Position numbers and translations under genes: made by a program
Shown here: positions 1-12,199 of the stretch, piece by piece
Position numbering within the stretch: the first letter of the stretch is position 1
Layout of the letters: the number at the start of each line of letters is the position of its first letter
Notes under the pieces: model-generated
The model's input: only the letters and a program-made list of their open reading frames with translations
What the model was told of the DNA's origin: nothing
The model's database searches: none
NCBI RefSeq assembly: GCF_001194135.2
Contig: NC_068983.1
Coordinates: 115,674,893 to 115,738,892 of the forward strand
Direction: 5' to 3'
Length of the DNA: 64,000 nt
Origin: Octopus bimaculoides
Lineage: Eukaryota

Positions 1-395
1 GAACAGTTTCCAGGAGATGGATTTGCTGAGCAAGATAGAAGTTCCAGACTGGTGATGCAATGATGCAAATTCTAAGTGTGGATGTACCATAGTCATATAC
101 AGCCTTAAACAGATAGCTGGAAAGTGGCTGACAAAGGTCTTACTGAGTGATGCTAAGGCACCCTCAGCTTTCTTGACCAATTTAGAGATGTGGTTTGTCC
201 AACACAAATCACTGTTGACAACAATACCCAGGTCACATTCACTGGCAGATTTCTTAAAATTGTTGTTGAGGGAGTACATAAAAGCTGGATTTTACCTCAC
301 AAAATGCATGATGATGCACTTGTCCACAGCCAGCTTTAGTTGCCAGTCAGTAATCTGTCATTGCATTGTCTCCAGGTCCAATTGCAGGAAAGCTC
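1..395 (-). mobile_element. CR1/L2-type LINE remnant, RT C-terminal region (continues off the left edge)
   Basis: Minus-strand translation LQLDLETMQ*QITDWQLKLAVDKCIIMHF...ECDLGIVVNSDLCWTNHISKLVKKA...LYMTMVHPHLEFAS/PVWN...LLETV matches the CR1 RT tail pattern (LQxDL..W..KCKVMH..DLGV..HI..VRPHLEYA.PVW). It has stops and an 8-bp duplication frameshift. Confidence 0.85.
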
Positions 396-1026
396 TATCT
401 ATAATACATTAAAAGTCAGCTTGAATCTTGCTTGCTTGCTTGCAATGTTACCCAGCCAAACTGGCACATAATGGAAAATACTATGAATTAAGTTTTCCCT
501 GAAATGTAAATATGAACAGAATAAAACAAATTCCACATAAATCGGACAAGTGGTTGTTCAGATATTAGGGGTTTAGGGGGGGGGGGGTATAAATACTCAA
601 AATGGTGCATAATGGGAAAATATTCCAAAGAAAACTTAAGCCTGAAAGGGAAGAAACTCTTACCTTTCGATTAGACACAGTGACTTGACAACGAAAAAAT
701 ATTTGTTTTTATAATAAATGTTTCTATTTTCACTTCTGTTAAACACAATATTTTAAATCATTTAGAAATATTTTTAAGTGAATGTGATATCAAAAATGTA
801 AGTTGTTTGTATAGTAAGTAGTTATATTTTAGCATTCTTTAAACAGACAATATTTTAATGTTTTTTTTAATTATTTTCAAATGGGGGCATGTTTAAAAAT
901 TATCTTTAAGTGAACACGACTTAAAAAATACAGTAAATATTTTGTAAAAGAACCATTCGTAACCTCGGTGTGAAATAATATTTTTCCATAGGTTTTTTTC
1001 AAGTGCATTCAACATATATCACCTCC

Positions 1027-1145
1027 AAAGATTTGGCTGCTATTTCTAGCACGCCCTGCTACCAAGTAACAGCTATTTGTGATAAAGGACCCAAAATACC
1101 TGTTATGTAGTAGCAAGGCGTGCAAGAAATAGCAGCCAAATCTTT
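1027..1145. repeat. Short inverted-repeat element (about 36-bp arms)
   Basis: AAAGATTTGGCTGCTATTTCTAGCACGCCCTGCTAC at 1027-1062; its reverse complement at 1110-1145 has 2 mismatches. Confidence 0.8.
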
Positions 1146-1399
1146 TCAATCAAATGGCTCTGGGAAAGCTGCTATGTGGTAAACTAGCACTCAAACTCTG
1201 GATACATAGCAGAAACAGATGTAAGCTAATGAAAGTGATTATGTTACTCCTGTTTTTTTTGTCATTCATTCAATATTAATGATAAAAATAATAGTAATAA
1301 TAATAATGATGATGATGATGATGAAAGTAAACAGATAGACATACAGACATAGGTAATATGAACAGACAAGCACACATATGCAAATGAAGACTGAAACAC

Positions 1400-1740
1400 A
1401 TGACCCTGTATACACACACTTCACTTCACACAAGGACACATACGGAGACACACATCCACACATGGAAATACACATCCATACATACAGACACAGTACATAG
1501 TCACAAAAACCCATACACACACATACACAGACACACTCAGACATGCACACACAAGGAGACAGAGGTACACACACACAAACATGAACACAGAAACACATGA
1601 ATATGCAGAATACATACATACAAACATACACCATACATACATATATATACATACGCACACACATACATGCATACGTACGTACATACATACATACATGTGT
1701 ATGTGCACAAACATTGACCCATACACATGCGCACAAACAA
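1400..1740. repeat. Compound (CA)n/(TACA)n microsatellite tract
   Basis: Degenerate CA/TACA repeats; source of several spurious ORFs. Confidence 0.9.
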
Positions 1741-1970
1741 ACAAAAAGGAACGCAGTGTGAATAATGGACAGAGTCAAAACTATTGAAAAGGTTGCAAGA
1801 TGCAACAAAAAGTTTAGAAAAATAAATAAGTAAATGAGTGGGAATTTTACCAGAGAGTGTGTTAAATTATAAGGCACTGAAAGAGAATGGCTCTCCCCAG
1901 ACACAATAGAATATGCTTCAACACACAAACTCACATAAAGAATCTTGCAAACCAAATCCCAAACTGAAAT
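1730..1970 (-). repeat. Interspersed repeat, second copy at about 14470-14705
   Basis: Shared blocks with 14470-14705, e.g. CTCCCCAGACACAA..AATATGCTTCA..CACATAAAGAATCTTGCAAACCAAAT. Strand assigned from the adjacent PLE fragment of the other copy. Confidence 0.8.
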
Positions 1971-2610
1971 ATATGTATAAAAATGCAAACATATATGGTA
2001 AACATATAAGCACAGCAAATTTAACTATTTTTCCATAGATTGCAAAGGCAGTTTTAACCTGTTGACACGTTAAAAGCACTCATTACACTCTTGGAGTGGT
2101 TGGCATTAGGAAGGGCACCTAACCATAGAAATCATGCCAAACCAGACTGGAACTTGGTGCTAGTTCCAGTCAAACCATCTAACCCATGGTAAGCAGACGC
2201 TAAATGATGATGTGAATAAATAAGCATTACATTTGACAGTAATCTAAATGCTAAAGGGTTAAAGGTTCGAAAACTGGTCAATCCTAGAGAAATATATGAC
2301 CAGATTGCTTATACACACAACATACACACTAGCTTAATTGTTATTATTGCTATTATTATAAAAATTAGTAGTATACCTGACAAAATACCTTGCAGTATTA
2401 CATTATATTCCATTAGATTCTGAGATTAAATTCTGTTGGGGTCAGCTTTGTTTTGAACATTCAGGGCTAATTCTCCAGTTTGAGAATGATGTCCTCTCTT
2501 CCTTCCACTGATCTGAAAGACTCTGAAATAGGTGCTAGGGGTGCTTTTTCATTAAAAAATGTGTACTTTTGATATTTGATTTTTGGGTTGTTTTAATTCT
2601 CTATTTTTAG

Positions 2611-2734
2611 GAAGATCTTGATGTTTCAATTCATAAAACTACTGCTGACAATGGTGATATTAACCCTACAGATTTAGTACATGATATGATGGAAGATGCT
2701 ATGAAGGAATCCACTGTCCCAGAACAGAGTAAAG
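2611..2734 (+). CDS. ATG2: ATG2 internal exon (first in window)
   Basis: ttttag|...|GTAACT; EDLDVSIHK...DLVHDMMEDAMKES, similar to the ATG2 DLMSDAMEE motif; ends phase 1, matching the next exon. Confidence 0.8.
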
Positions 2735-3030
2735 GTAACTGAGTTTTTCTGTTATTATTTTCAGTTGCATAGTGTTTTTGACAGATTCAGAAATAGTCCA
2801 TTCTGGTTGTTCTATTGTATTTCAATAGGTGTCTTAAGTTCACATCCACTCTGGGTCAATTTTTTTGCTTTTGACTTCCTCGGTATTGTTACTGTTGACC
2901 CCATGTCAGTCTGAATTAAGCAGATCAATGATCAATGGCATTCTAACCATGACCATCTCATACTAGTTGTACATCATCTAATGTCTTTCCAATTTTAAGA
3001 TGGTATAATGTGATTTGAAAGAAATTTGAA

Positions 3031-3690
3031 TCATCATCATCATCATCATCATCATTGTTTAACGTCCACTTTCCATGCTAGCATGGGTAGGACGATTTGA
3101 CTGAAGACTGGTAAACCAGATGGCTACACCAGGCTCCAATCTGATTTGGCAGAGTTTCTACAGCTGGATGCCCTTCCTAACGCCAACCACTCCGAGAGTG
3201 TAGTGGGTGCTTTTACGTGCCACCAGCACGAAGGCCAGTCAGGAGGTACTGGCAACAGCCACGCTCGAAATGGTGTATTTTACATGCCACCTGCATAGGA
3301 ACTAGTCCAGCGGGACTGGCAACGAACTCGCCCAAAGGCGACGTTGGTAACGGTCACGCTCAAATGGTGCTATTTACATGCCACCGGCACGAAAGCCAGA
3401 CATCTGGTGCTCTGGCAACGATCACGCTCGGATGGTGTTCTTAGTGATTTACTGGTACTGGTCCCATCACGATTTCGCTTTCGCTTCCGCTTGCCCCAAC
3501 AGGTCTTTGCAAGCTGAGTTTAGTGTTCAATGAAGACTTTGGCATGGGTGCCAGTCTACAAATTTAGTTCGATTTCGGTTTCGATTTCACTTGCCTCAAC
3601 AGGTCTTCGCAAGCAGAGTTTAGTGTCCAAAGAAGGAATGTTACGCATAAGTGGGCTGGCTACATCCCAGGCAGAGGCCTTGGATTTTGG
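3031..3690 (-). mobile_element. 5'-truncated RTE LINE copy, 3'UTR only, (GAT)n tail
   Basis: 3550-3680 matches the sequence just after the RTE ORF stop at about 56250-56360; ends ...CCATGCTAGCATGGAAAG..GTTAAAC(GAT)n on the minus strand. Confidence 0.85.
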
Positions 3691-4569
3691 TCTATCCCTG
3701 CTTTTATTAAACATATGAAATAAGTTAATGACAAAAATAAAATATATTGGAATACATTTAAATATGTTGCTATTTAAGTTTTTTACACTCAAAGATAGAG
3801 TTTTATAAATGTGCCACAGCCTCATTTTATAAGATATTTGAGTATGACACAAGAAGGTGTCTCTCAATCTTCTATTTCCTGTATATTGATGAAAACAACA
3901 TAATCCAATGTATGACAATCTATCAAACAATTTATCTGATTTCATGTTAATGGTGTTGTTGGTATTTAGTCCCAGCAAACCTATGTTAAAAAGTGTTTCC
4001 AGCCATAGTCATTCTGTCTTTATTTCAAATAGTTTCTCTAAAACTAAGTCTCCAGGTCAACCCTCATGGTACAGATCTACAGCCAAGACAGTCCATTCGT
4101 CACCATCTTACTTTATATTCAAACAGTTGCTCTCAGTCTGCATTCTCCTGTGCATCTTTTCTCTTCCTATGAGAGCTCAATGTGCTGGTATATGTTGCAG
4201 ATCTTTTTACTATTTATGACAGGTCACCATGTAGATCAGTGGGCCTTAACCCTTTTGTAGCTCAGTCCCTCCTTTCATCAAATGATAATTCTTTCAAACA
4301 CACTGTCTCAGTATATATTTTAAAAAAACATGGCACATCGTCCAAGTTTCCACTCACTAGCATCACAATGTCTTATTCATGTTTTTATTCTGACAAAGAT
4401 TATATTTTATCTAATTTTATTTATCTACTTCCACTACTGTTTCGTTATTCCCATTTTAAGGCAGAAATTTTTCAGTTGATTTTGTCAGAATTATATGACA
4501 TCTAGTCATATTGCACAGCATTTATTTTTATTTCATATATGTGTGTGTGCATGTACACACACACACACA

Positions 4570-5420
4570 CACACATCATCATCAACATCACTTAACATCC
4601 GTTTTCCATGCTGGCATGGGTTGAACTGTCCAGGTTCCAATTGTCTGTTGTGAAATGATTTCTATGGTTGGATGCCCTTCCTAATACCAACCTCTTTATA
4701 GTGTGCTGGGTGGTTTTTATGTGCCACTGGTACAGGTGTGTTCATGCAGCACTGACACGAATGCATTTGATGTGGCACTGGCATCTGCAAAGTACAAGCC
4801 TTATGCATGGATGACAGCAATTTTACTTAGTTTGACGCGTCTTAAATACAGCAAATCATCACAACCCCCAGTCCCTTGTTATTTCCTCAGTGATGCCCAG
4901 TGTCCAAAGATCCTTTCTCTCCACTTCATCCCACATCTTCTTAAGTCTACCCCTTCCACAGGTTCCTTCCACAGTTAGAGCTTAGCACTTCTTTATGCAG
5001 CTGTCCTCATCCATATGCATCACTTGACCAAACCAGTGCAGCCTTCTCTCTTGCACACAACATCTGATGCCTGTTATACCCAGTTTTCCTCTTAAATTAT
5101 TTACACTCTGTCGTACATGCACACTGATATCACCCATACAGCAGAGCATGCTAGCTTCATTTCTTTCAAGCCTTTGCAAGTCCTCTGTAGTCAAAGCCCA
5201 TATTTCACTGCCATGTAATATAGCTGTACATACACAGGCATCATACAATCTACCCTTCACTCTGAGTGAGAGACCCTTAGTCACTAACAAAGGTAGAACC
5301 TCTCTGAACTTTACCCAGCCCGTTCTTATCTTAGCAACTACACTTTCAGAACTTCCTCTTCCACTGCTAACTTGGTCTCCTAGGTAACAGAAGTTAGTTA
5401 CTATTTCTAATAATCCCCGC
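4570..5420 (-). mobile_element. RTE LINE 3' fragment (RT C-terminus plus 3'UTR)
   Basis: NFCYLGDQVSS..W.KFRE.LPLLVTKGLSLRVKGRLYDACV..LHGSE.W...RRLHWFG.V..MDEDSC.KKC; same family as 54000-56590. Confidence 0.9.
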
Positions 5421-5603
5421 TAAACATTTGAGGGAGTCAGTTGTCTGCACATTTTTAGTGCTTATTGTACCCACACATTTGCCACACACAAAGACTATTT
5501 TCTCTCTTAACATTCCTGTGATATCACTACACCTCTTATGTGTCCAAAGCTTTGCACTGAGTACAACACATGGAGTTTCTACCTACACCCTTTTTACAAG
5601 ACC

Positions 5604-5673
5604 NNNNNNNNNNNNNNNNNNNNNNNNNNNNNNNNNNNNNNNNNNNNNNNNNNNNNNNNNNNNNNNNNNNNNN
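5604..5673. other. Assembly gap (others at 10506-10923, 13896-13905, 18318-19286, 27170-27811, 37534-37634, 56807-57191)
   Basis: Runs of N. Confidence 1.
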
Positions 5674-5732
5674 ATTTATATACTTGTGTGCATTTATTTA
5701 TTTATCTAATTACTTATTTATTGCATTTTCAG

Positions 5733-5989
5733 CAAGTCATGGTAGCCATTCTAAAAAGAGTTCATCCAGCAAACGAACTACTACAGAGGTATTCTTTGTT
5801 CCCCCAAACGAGGATCAGCCTATCTATCCTACTCCAAATGAGAATGCTGGGAATTTGGTATCTTCAGAGAACTTATCTTCATCATCCAGCTCAAAGTCAC
5901 TCTATAGCAGCAGTATGTCAGAAGAAAACACTGAACTTGATATTGATGAAGATTATTGTATTCTTGATGATATTGGAATGGGAGTTGAG
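5733..5989 (+). CDS. ATG2: ATG2 exon with LIR-like motif DEDYCIL
   Basis: tttcag|CA...GAG|GTTGGT; phase 1 to 0; EDYCIL aligns to the ATG2 EDDFCIL LIR. Confidence 0.88.
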
Positions 5990-6684
5990 GTTGGTAGAGT
6001 ATACCTGATACTTTTTTAAAGAATTTTATAAACTGTGTCAACTTCACAAGTCTCTTAACCTCACTTTCTCTTTTGATCTCTAAAATTCTTCTTTACATAC
6101 GCTTTTACACATTTTTATATGGATTCCACAAACTAAGCGTCTTTGTTGTTTTACTAGTGAATGTGACAAACTTTCAGATTGAGTTGTGTAACTTGCTTGA
6201 GTAAGTTTTGTACACCAATATAGAGAGATATACAAAATAAATTTTTAGCTCACTTTCCTAGACGGTTCTTCTATCCCACTATCCAGCTTTTAATGTCAAT
6301 ATTTTAGAACTAATTGGGTTGTTGGAAATGTTACATTGTCACAGATTTCATATAATTGTGCAGAACCTCAGATCTGTCAGTTGTGCTGCTGTCATAAAAT
6401 GACACTTCACCTTTTTATGACCATATTTTTTAATCAAAATATGCTGCCTATGTTTCAATTGAATTTGAAAAATAATCAAGAAGTATATTTTCATTAATTG
6501 ATATATTAGGTCAGTAACAGCTTGTTTTTACTTGCATGGAAGCAAAAATCAACCCTAGCAGAAAATGTGCTGAGTTTTGGTGACCAAACATTTAATCCAA
6601 AGCACTATTATTTTAACCAGTTTACACATATCTGCTGTCTGAACTATCCATGTTTAATATGTTAGGTCAGTGGAAAGAGTTTAA

Positions 6685-6905
6685 CCCTTTAGCATTTAAA
6701 CCGGCCATATCTGGTCGAAAGTATTCTGCTTGTTTTATGTTCAAACTGGCCAAATCTGGTCTCTCACACCAACCCTACAATATCATTTTAAAAATTAACA
6801 GCTACCTCATCAAAATCTCATAGCTACAAGATAATGCATGATTAGTTCAAAACAATGTGGATGAAAAAGCATTAATTTTGGTAGAATAATGCAAACACTA
6901 AAGGG
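6685..6905 (+). mobile_element. piggyBac-type MITE, TTAA-flanked (related copies about 41660-41875, 51055-51265, 52790-52965)
   Basis: TTAA|CCCTTTAG...CTAAAGGG|TTAA; CCC/GGG ends with TTAA duplication are piggyBac hallmarks. Confidence 0.8.
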
Positions 6906-8141
6906 TTAATATGGGAGGAAGCATTAAGCATTGAAATAGTTTGGTATCAAAACAACCAGAAGTAACTTCAGGCAGATTGATATCAAAAGAGTTAAAGGAT
7001 TTGTTTTCTGTGATACGTTTTATGAAAATAAGTAAAAAAGAAAAATAAAGAACTTGTCCCTTATCTGTATTTCTGAAACAACAGTTCTGATGTTGTTGAT
7101 ATATTAATTTAGATTTTTATGAGCTTGTCGAAGTTAATCAACACATGTTAACTTTACTGAACTAGTTTATTTTCCAGTAATTTTTATCCTGCTCCCAAAG
7201 GAATCTTACTGATTTGAATTCATTATGTCTAACTAAAGTATCGATATCTTTTGACAAAATAAAGAATATTTTTTCATTTTTTTTTTACAAATGTTTTCTT
7301 ATCTGCTTCCCCTCTAGCTAAATAAACCTGTCTCCTAGCTTTCCATGCCTATCATCATCAACATCATATAACCCCCATTTTCCTTGCTGTCATGGGTTGG
7401 ATGGTTTGACAGGAGTTCCATTGTCTCTTTATGTGGCACCAGCACCCATGCATTTTATGTGGGACCAGTATCAACAGGATAACCTACTATGTTGGTGGAG
7501 GGGTGTGACTTTGTGCGAGTTGGGATATTTAAGGTGTAGAAAGAACAGATATAGGTGTGTTACTTGAGTAGATACATGGATACCCCAGTTGGAAAACAGT
7601 GAATAGGAGAGTAAAGAGATGGTAGTGGGAGAGAAGGATGATGACAAAAATGTGTTGGAACATACCCTTGAGGGACATTGGAGGTGGTGAGAGTAGGTGA
7701 GGCTTGGGTTGGGTGAGTGGACAGGATGAAGTGACTAGCAAATGATGGAGAGAAATACAAGAGAGGCTTGGGGGTAGGAATTGTGGTAGATATATGAGGG
7801 CATTCAGGGTGATAGCAGGTAAGCGAGGTGTTGATGATGTAGGCTAAAGGTGTACAAAGAAAACATTGGTGGTGGAAAAAAAGAACCAAATGCTGCCAAT
7901 GTTCAAGCAAAGCTTTCCCTAAGAGACTTCATGTAATAGAACGTAACTAACTTGAAATGTTTGTCTCATCTCATCGGAAACAGTTTCATCCCAACTTGAA
8001 ACTATCACATAAGCACAGATACATGTACACAATTTTTTGTGACTAAAATACCATTATATGTAATGTAAAAAAACAATATTGTAGAATATATTTTTCAATG
8101 ATATTTTCATTTTAAAATTTTGTTGCATTGTCATTTCAAAG

Positions 8142-8349
8142 CCTCGGGATAATCGACCAGAGATCAAAGTTCACATAAAAGAGCCATTAACATTAAAGGA
8201 AAATTTTTTCTATCAACCCCTTGGAAGAACAGATGCTCTCAAGTCACCTGAGCACTTCCCTGTTCCAGAAACACGCTACACTTTAAAAGAAATGTCTATT
8301 CACTGGTATATGTATGCTGGTTCAGATTTTGGCCCTGCTAAAAAAAATT
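8142..8349 (+). CDS. ATG2: ATG2 exon (WIPI-interacting region)
   Basis: caaag|...|GTAAGT; KENFFYQPLGRTDALKSPEHFPVPETRYTLKEMSIHWYMYAGSDFG matches ATG2 NxFS.P..TD...P.HFP.P..RY..KE.S..W..Y.G.DFG. Confidence 0.95.
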
Positions 8350-9130
8350 GTAAGTATTTTTCCCTTCCTTTTTATATAAATCATGTTCCTTAGGTGATTA
8401 AATCAATGCAAGAGATAAAATGACAATTCTACAGCCTATTAATTACACCTTGTAATCCTTTTAGAATTAATGAAAAGTGGGCATGAAATTGAAAGGAAAC
8501 AAAGATGAGTGGTTAAAGAAGATGTGTTCGTGTGGAATTGGTTGAGTATTTTGCTGTCTCAGCTTTGAATTCTGTGAGAACAGTTTCTGGCTAATAAATT
8601 AGTGATGGGGTTTCTTAAAAAAAAGGTATACGAGAGGCAATTCAGAGAGGTGCCATAAAATGCTGCCTCAATAAGTCTTAACTAACCCACACCAGCATAC
8701 TAAAATAGATGTAAAATATGATGGAGATGATGATTATATATTATTCATGGACCCATGGACTCTAATCCTGGACTCTCCAGTGTTGCAGTACTCATAGCAC
8801 CTACCCTAAATTGGAATTATTTAGTTTCCACTTGAATAATACTTCAATATACTTAATTGTCAGATGACAGTGTCACTATATCTATAAAGCATCACAAGTT
8901 TCACTGTAACCAGCTGGAGTACTATATGATTTATGAGTGTTTCACTTACTTGTGATGCTGATGAGTACAAAATCCCCTTCATGTGGGATGAGGGTGGGTG
9001 GGGGTCCACAAGACTAATTGATGTAACTTGAATCACTGCACTGAATGTTAAGTGTTTTGAGTGAGTGACCTATGACCCAGTGAGTTATAAGACTTTATTT
9101 GCATTACATTGCATGTCTTTATCATTCCAG

Positions 9131-9188
9131 GTGACAAGAATCAAAGAGCACATGGCTGTGATACTAGCAGAAACCTCCACAATTACAG
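9131..9188 (+). CDS. ATG2: ATG2 58-bp small exon
   Basis: ttccag|GT GAC...TAC AG|GTATTT; supplies exactly the phase 1 to 2 bridge needed between exons 8142-8349 and 9630-9750; CDKNQRAHGCDTSRNLHNYR. Confidence 0.78.
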
Positions 9189-9629
9189 GTATTTCAAATA
9201 ATGGATGTTACATGACATTCTCACTTGCAATGTCCTTTCTCATAATCTGACATTAAAGAGAGAGAAAAAAATAATTTTAGGCAACAACTGCTGCTGCCAC
9301 AACAACATGCCACATACCACCACTTCTACAATCTTGAGTCTTTCTTTCCTAGTTAACCCTTTCATTACCAATCCGGCTGAAACCGGCTCTGCCTTGGTAG
9401 AATGTCAGTCTAAATTCTTTACAGATATATATTTCTCTACTTATCTTGTTCAGATTTTATGAAAACCAGTCTTGCCTTTCAATCTTTTGTGTTCACTTAA
9501 TAAATACCAGTAATGTACTTGTGGAAAATCAACCAATTATATATATATCTCCTATGTAAAACAAGTTTTGCACTTAATCACATTGTAAATTTTTCTTAAT
9601 TTATTTTTGTTTATTTTCATTTATTACAG

Positions 9630-9750
9630 ATCTGATCAATCAGACTATTATAAAAAAATTCACAAAGAACGAAATGTTTCAGTATCTCTGTATGATCTTG
9701 GTGGACCTGGGAGGGAAACAGATATTATGATGGAATTACAACTGATGAAG
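9630..9750 (+). CDS. ATG2: ATG2 exon
   Basis: tacag|A...AAG|GTATCT; GGPGRETDIMMELQLMK aligns to ATG2 GG.GR....LMEIQLSK. Confidence 0.92.
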
Positions 9751-11261
9751 GTATCTTATACTTTATTGAAGAATTCAAATGTTCATGTTTGTTGTCTAAG
9801 TGATGTACATCATAATTTTTACTTAGTGATTTTCCCTTCAAGGTAAAATTTTACCTTATTGTTTAGTCACTGGCTCAACACCTATATTTATGTTCTTCAT
9901 TCCAAAATAATAAAAACTTTAACAGACTTCCAAAATGGGACTTAATCCATGTGTATCCGCATGCGTATATGTGCATGTGTGTGCGTGGGGTGGGGGATGT
10001 AAGAAGAACATTTACGGAAATGTACTCATAAAATTTCTATTAAAATAAGTTGTCTTTATATACCATGCTTGCAATTCTCCATATAAATGATAGCAAAGTG
10101 TCTATCAAATGAAATTAAAATCCTGGTTCAATGATAGATCGATCAAGTTGCTAAAGTTTTAACGTTGTTGGTAGCAACAATATATTCTCTCTTTTAATTG
10201 AATATTGAAAAAGAGAGAAAATGCAAGGGAAATTAATTTTGGCGGTAATGACCTAAACCCTTTGATTCATTATCACAATTAAAAAAATTCAGAGGTGTAA
10301 CATTGCACAAGTTCATTTCTGCAAATTTGTCCACTACCACAAAAATTCTCCAGACTTTCAGCTGTTATTTTTAGCATATCGAGTTTCATGACGAGGGCTT
10401 CACATGCTGTGGTCTTTTTGCTTTTTCGCTATAAATCTACGCATGCGGAAAAGGACCAAACAGCTGTTCATTTTCACTTTTAGACAGCAGAATGGGATGT
10501 GGATCNNNNNNNNNNNNNNNNNNNNNNNNNNNNNNNNNNNNNNNNNNNNNNNNNNNNNNNNNNNNNNNNNNNNNNNNNNNNNNNNNNNNNNNNNNNNNNN
10601 NNNNNNNNNNNNNNNNNNNNNNNNNNNNNNNNNNNNNNNNNNNNNNNNNNNNNNNNNNNNNNNNNNNNNNNNNNNNNNNNNNNNNNNNNNNNNNNNNNNN
10701 NNNNNNNNNNNNNNNNNNNNNNNNNNNNNNNNNNNNNNNNNNNNNNNNNNNNNNNNNNNNNNNNNNNNNNNNNNNNNNNNNNNNNNNNNNNNNNNNNNNN
10801 NNNNNNNNNNNNNNNNNNNNNNNNNNNNNNNNNNNNNNNNNNNNNNNNNNNNNNNNNNNNNNNNNNNNNNNNNNNNNNNNNNNNNNNNNNNNNNNNNNNN
10901 NNNNNNNNNNNNNNNNNNNNNNNTTCTGTCTGGAAAACATAGGAATGTTCTTAGCCCAGAACCATGTGATTGGTAAGCAAACTACTGTGCCTATATATAT
11001 ATATATATATATATGCCTATATATATATATATATACACACACATGCATGCGTATATGTATTTGTGTGTCTGTGTTTGTCTCCCCACCATCGCTTGACAAC
11101 CAATGTTGGTGTGCTTAAGTGCCCGTGACTTAGCAGTTCGGCAAAAGAAAACCAATAGAACAAGTACTAGGCTTACAAAGAATAAGTCCTGGAGTTGATT
11201 TGTTCAACTAAAGGTAGTGCTTCAGCACGGCCACAGGCAAATGGCTGAAACAAGTAAAAGA

Positions 11262-11320
<59 letters not shown>

Positions 11321-11763
11321 AGTGGTTAGTATTAGGAAGAGCATTCAACCATAGAAACCATGCCAAAACAGACAAATGGAGCCTGGGTAGTTCTCCAGCA
11401 TGGAGAACAGACATTAGTAGATGAGATGATATATGCATGCACAGACATGACTGTGTGGTTAAGAAGCTTGCTTCCCAACCATGTGATCTTCAGTCCCACT
11501 ACATGGCACCTTGGGCAAGCCTCATCTACTATAGCACTGGACCAACTAAAGCTTTCAAGATTGGTGGAAGGGAGGATGGTATCCTTCAACGAAATACCTG
11601 GATTGAGTGCTTGCAACAAAGTGGACTCCACTAATGGCATCCAAGGAGGCTCAGGCAGTGATGTTAAACTGAGAATAGAATTAAGTCCACTTTGCAAGTG
11701 AACTATGGCAGGATTTGAACTCAGAATGTAAAGAACTGAATCAAATGTCACAAGGTTTACTGT

Positions 11764-12173
11764 GGCTGTGTGGTAAGTAGCTTGCTTACCAACCACATGG
11801 TTCCGGGTTCAGTCCCACTGCATGGCACCTTGGGTAAGTGTCTTCTACTATAGCCTCAGGCCGACCAAAGCCTTGTGAGTGGATTTGGTAGACAGAAACT
11901 GAAAGAAGCCCGTTGTATATATGTATATATATATATATATGTATATGTATGTGTGTGTATATGTTTGTGTGTCTGTGTTTGTCCCCACCAACTTCGCTTG
12001 ACAACCGATGCTGGTGTGTTTACGTCCCCGTAACTTAGCGGTTCGGGAAAAAGAGACCGATAGAATAAGTACTAGGCTTACAAAGAATAAGTCCTGGGTC
12101 GATTTGCTCGACTAAAAGCAGTGCCCCAGCATGGCCACAGTCAAATGACTGAAACAAGTAAAAGAGTAAAGAG
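11764..12173 (+). mobile_element. tRNA-derived SINE with CORE-like segment and internal (TA)n/(TG)n (other copies: 62535-62975 minus; partial 11060-11260, 19500-19710, 49135-49270, 63655-63816)
   Basis: Head GGCTGTGTGGTAAG...GGTTCAGTCCC (A/B-box-like), then ACCTTGGGYAAGTGTCTT, which resembles the CORE-SINE motif; tail ends (AAAGAGT)n. Confidence 0.8.
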
Positions 12174-12199
12174 TATACGTATTATAATATCTGAAGCTG

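Noticed and set aside
1266-2018. 250-aa ORF and the many VCVC/HTHT/YIYI ORFs across the window
   Set aside because: Translations of (CA)n/(TA)n microsatellites.
10405-10470. miRNA-like hairpin
   Set aside because: Only about 14 paired bases with bulges; too weak for a precursor.
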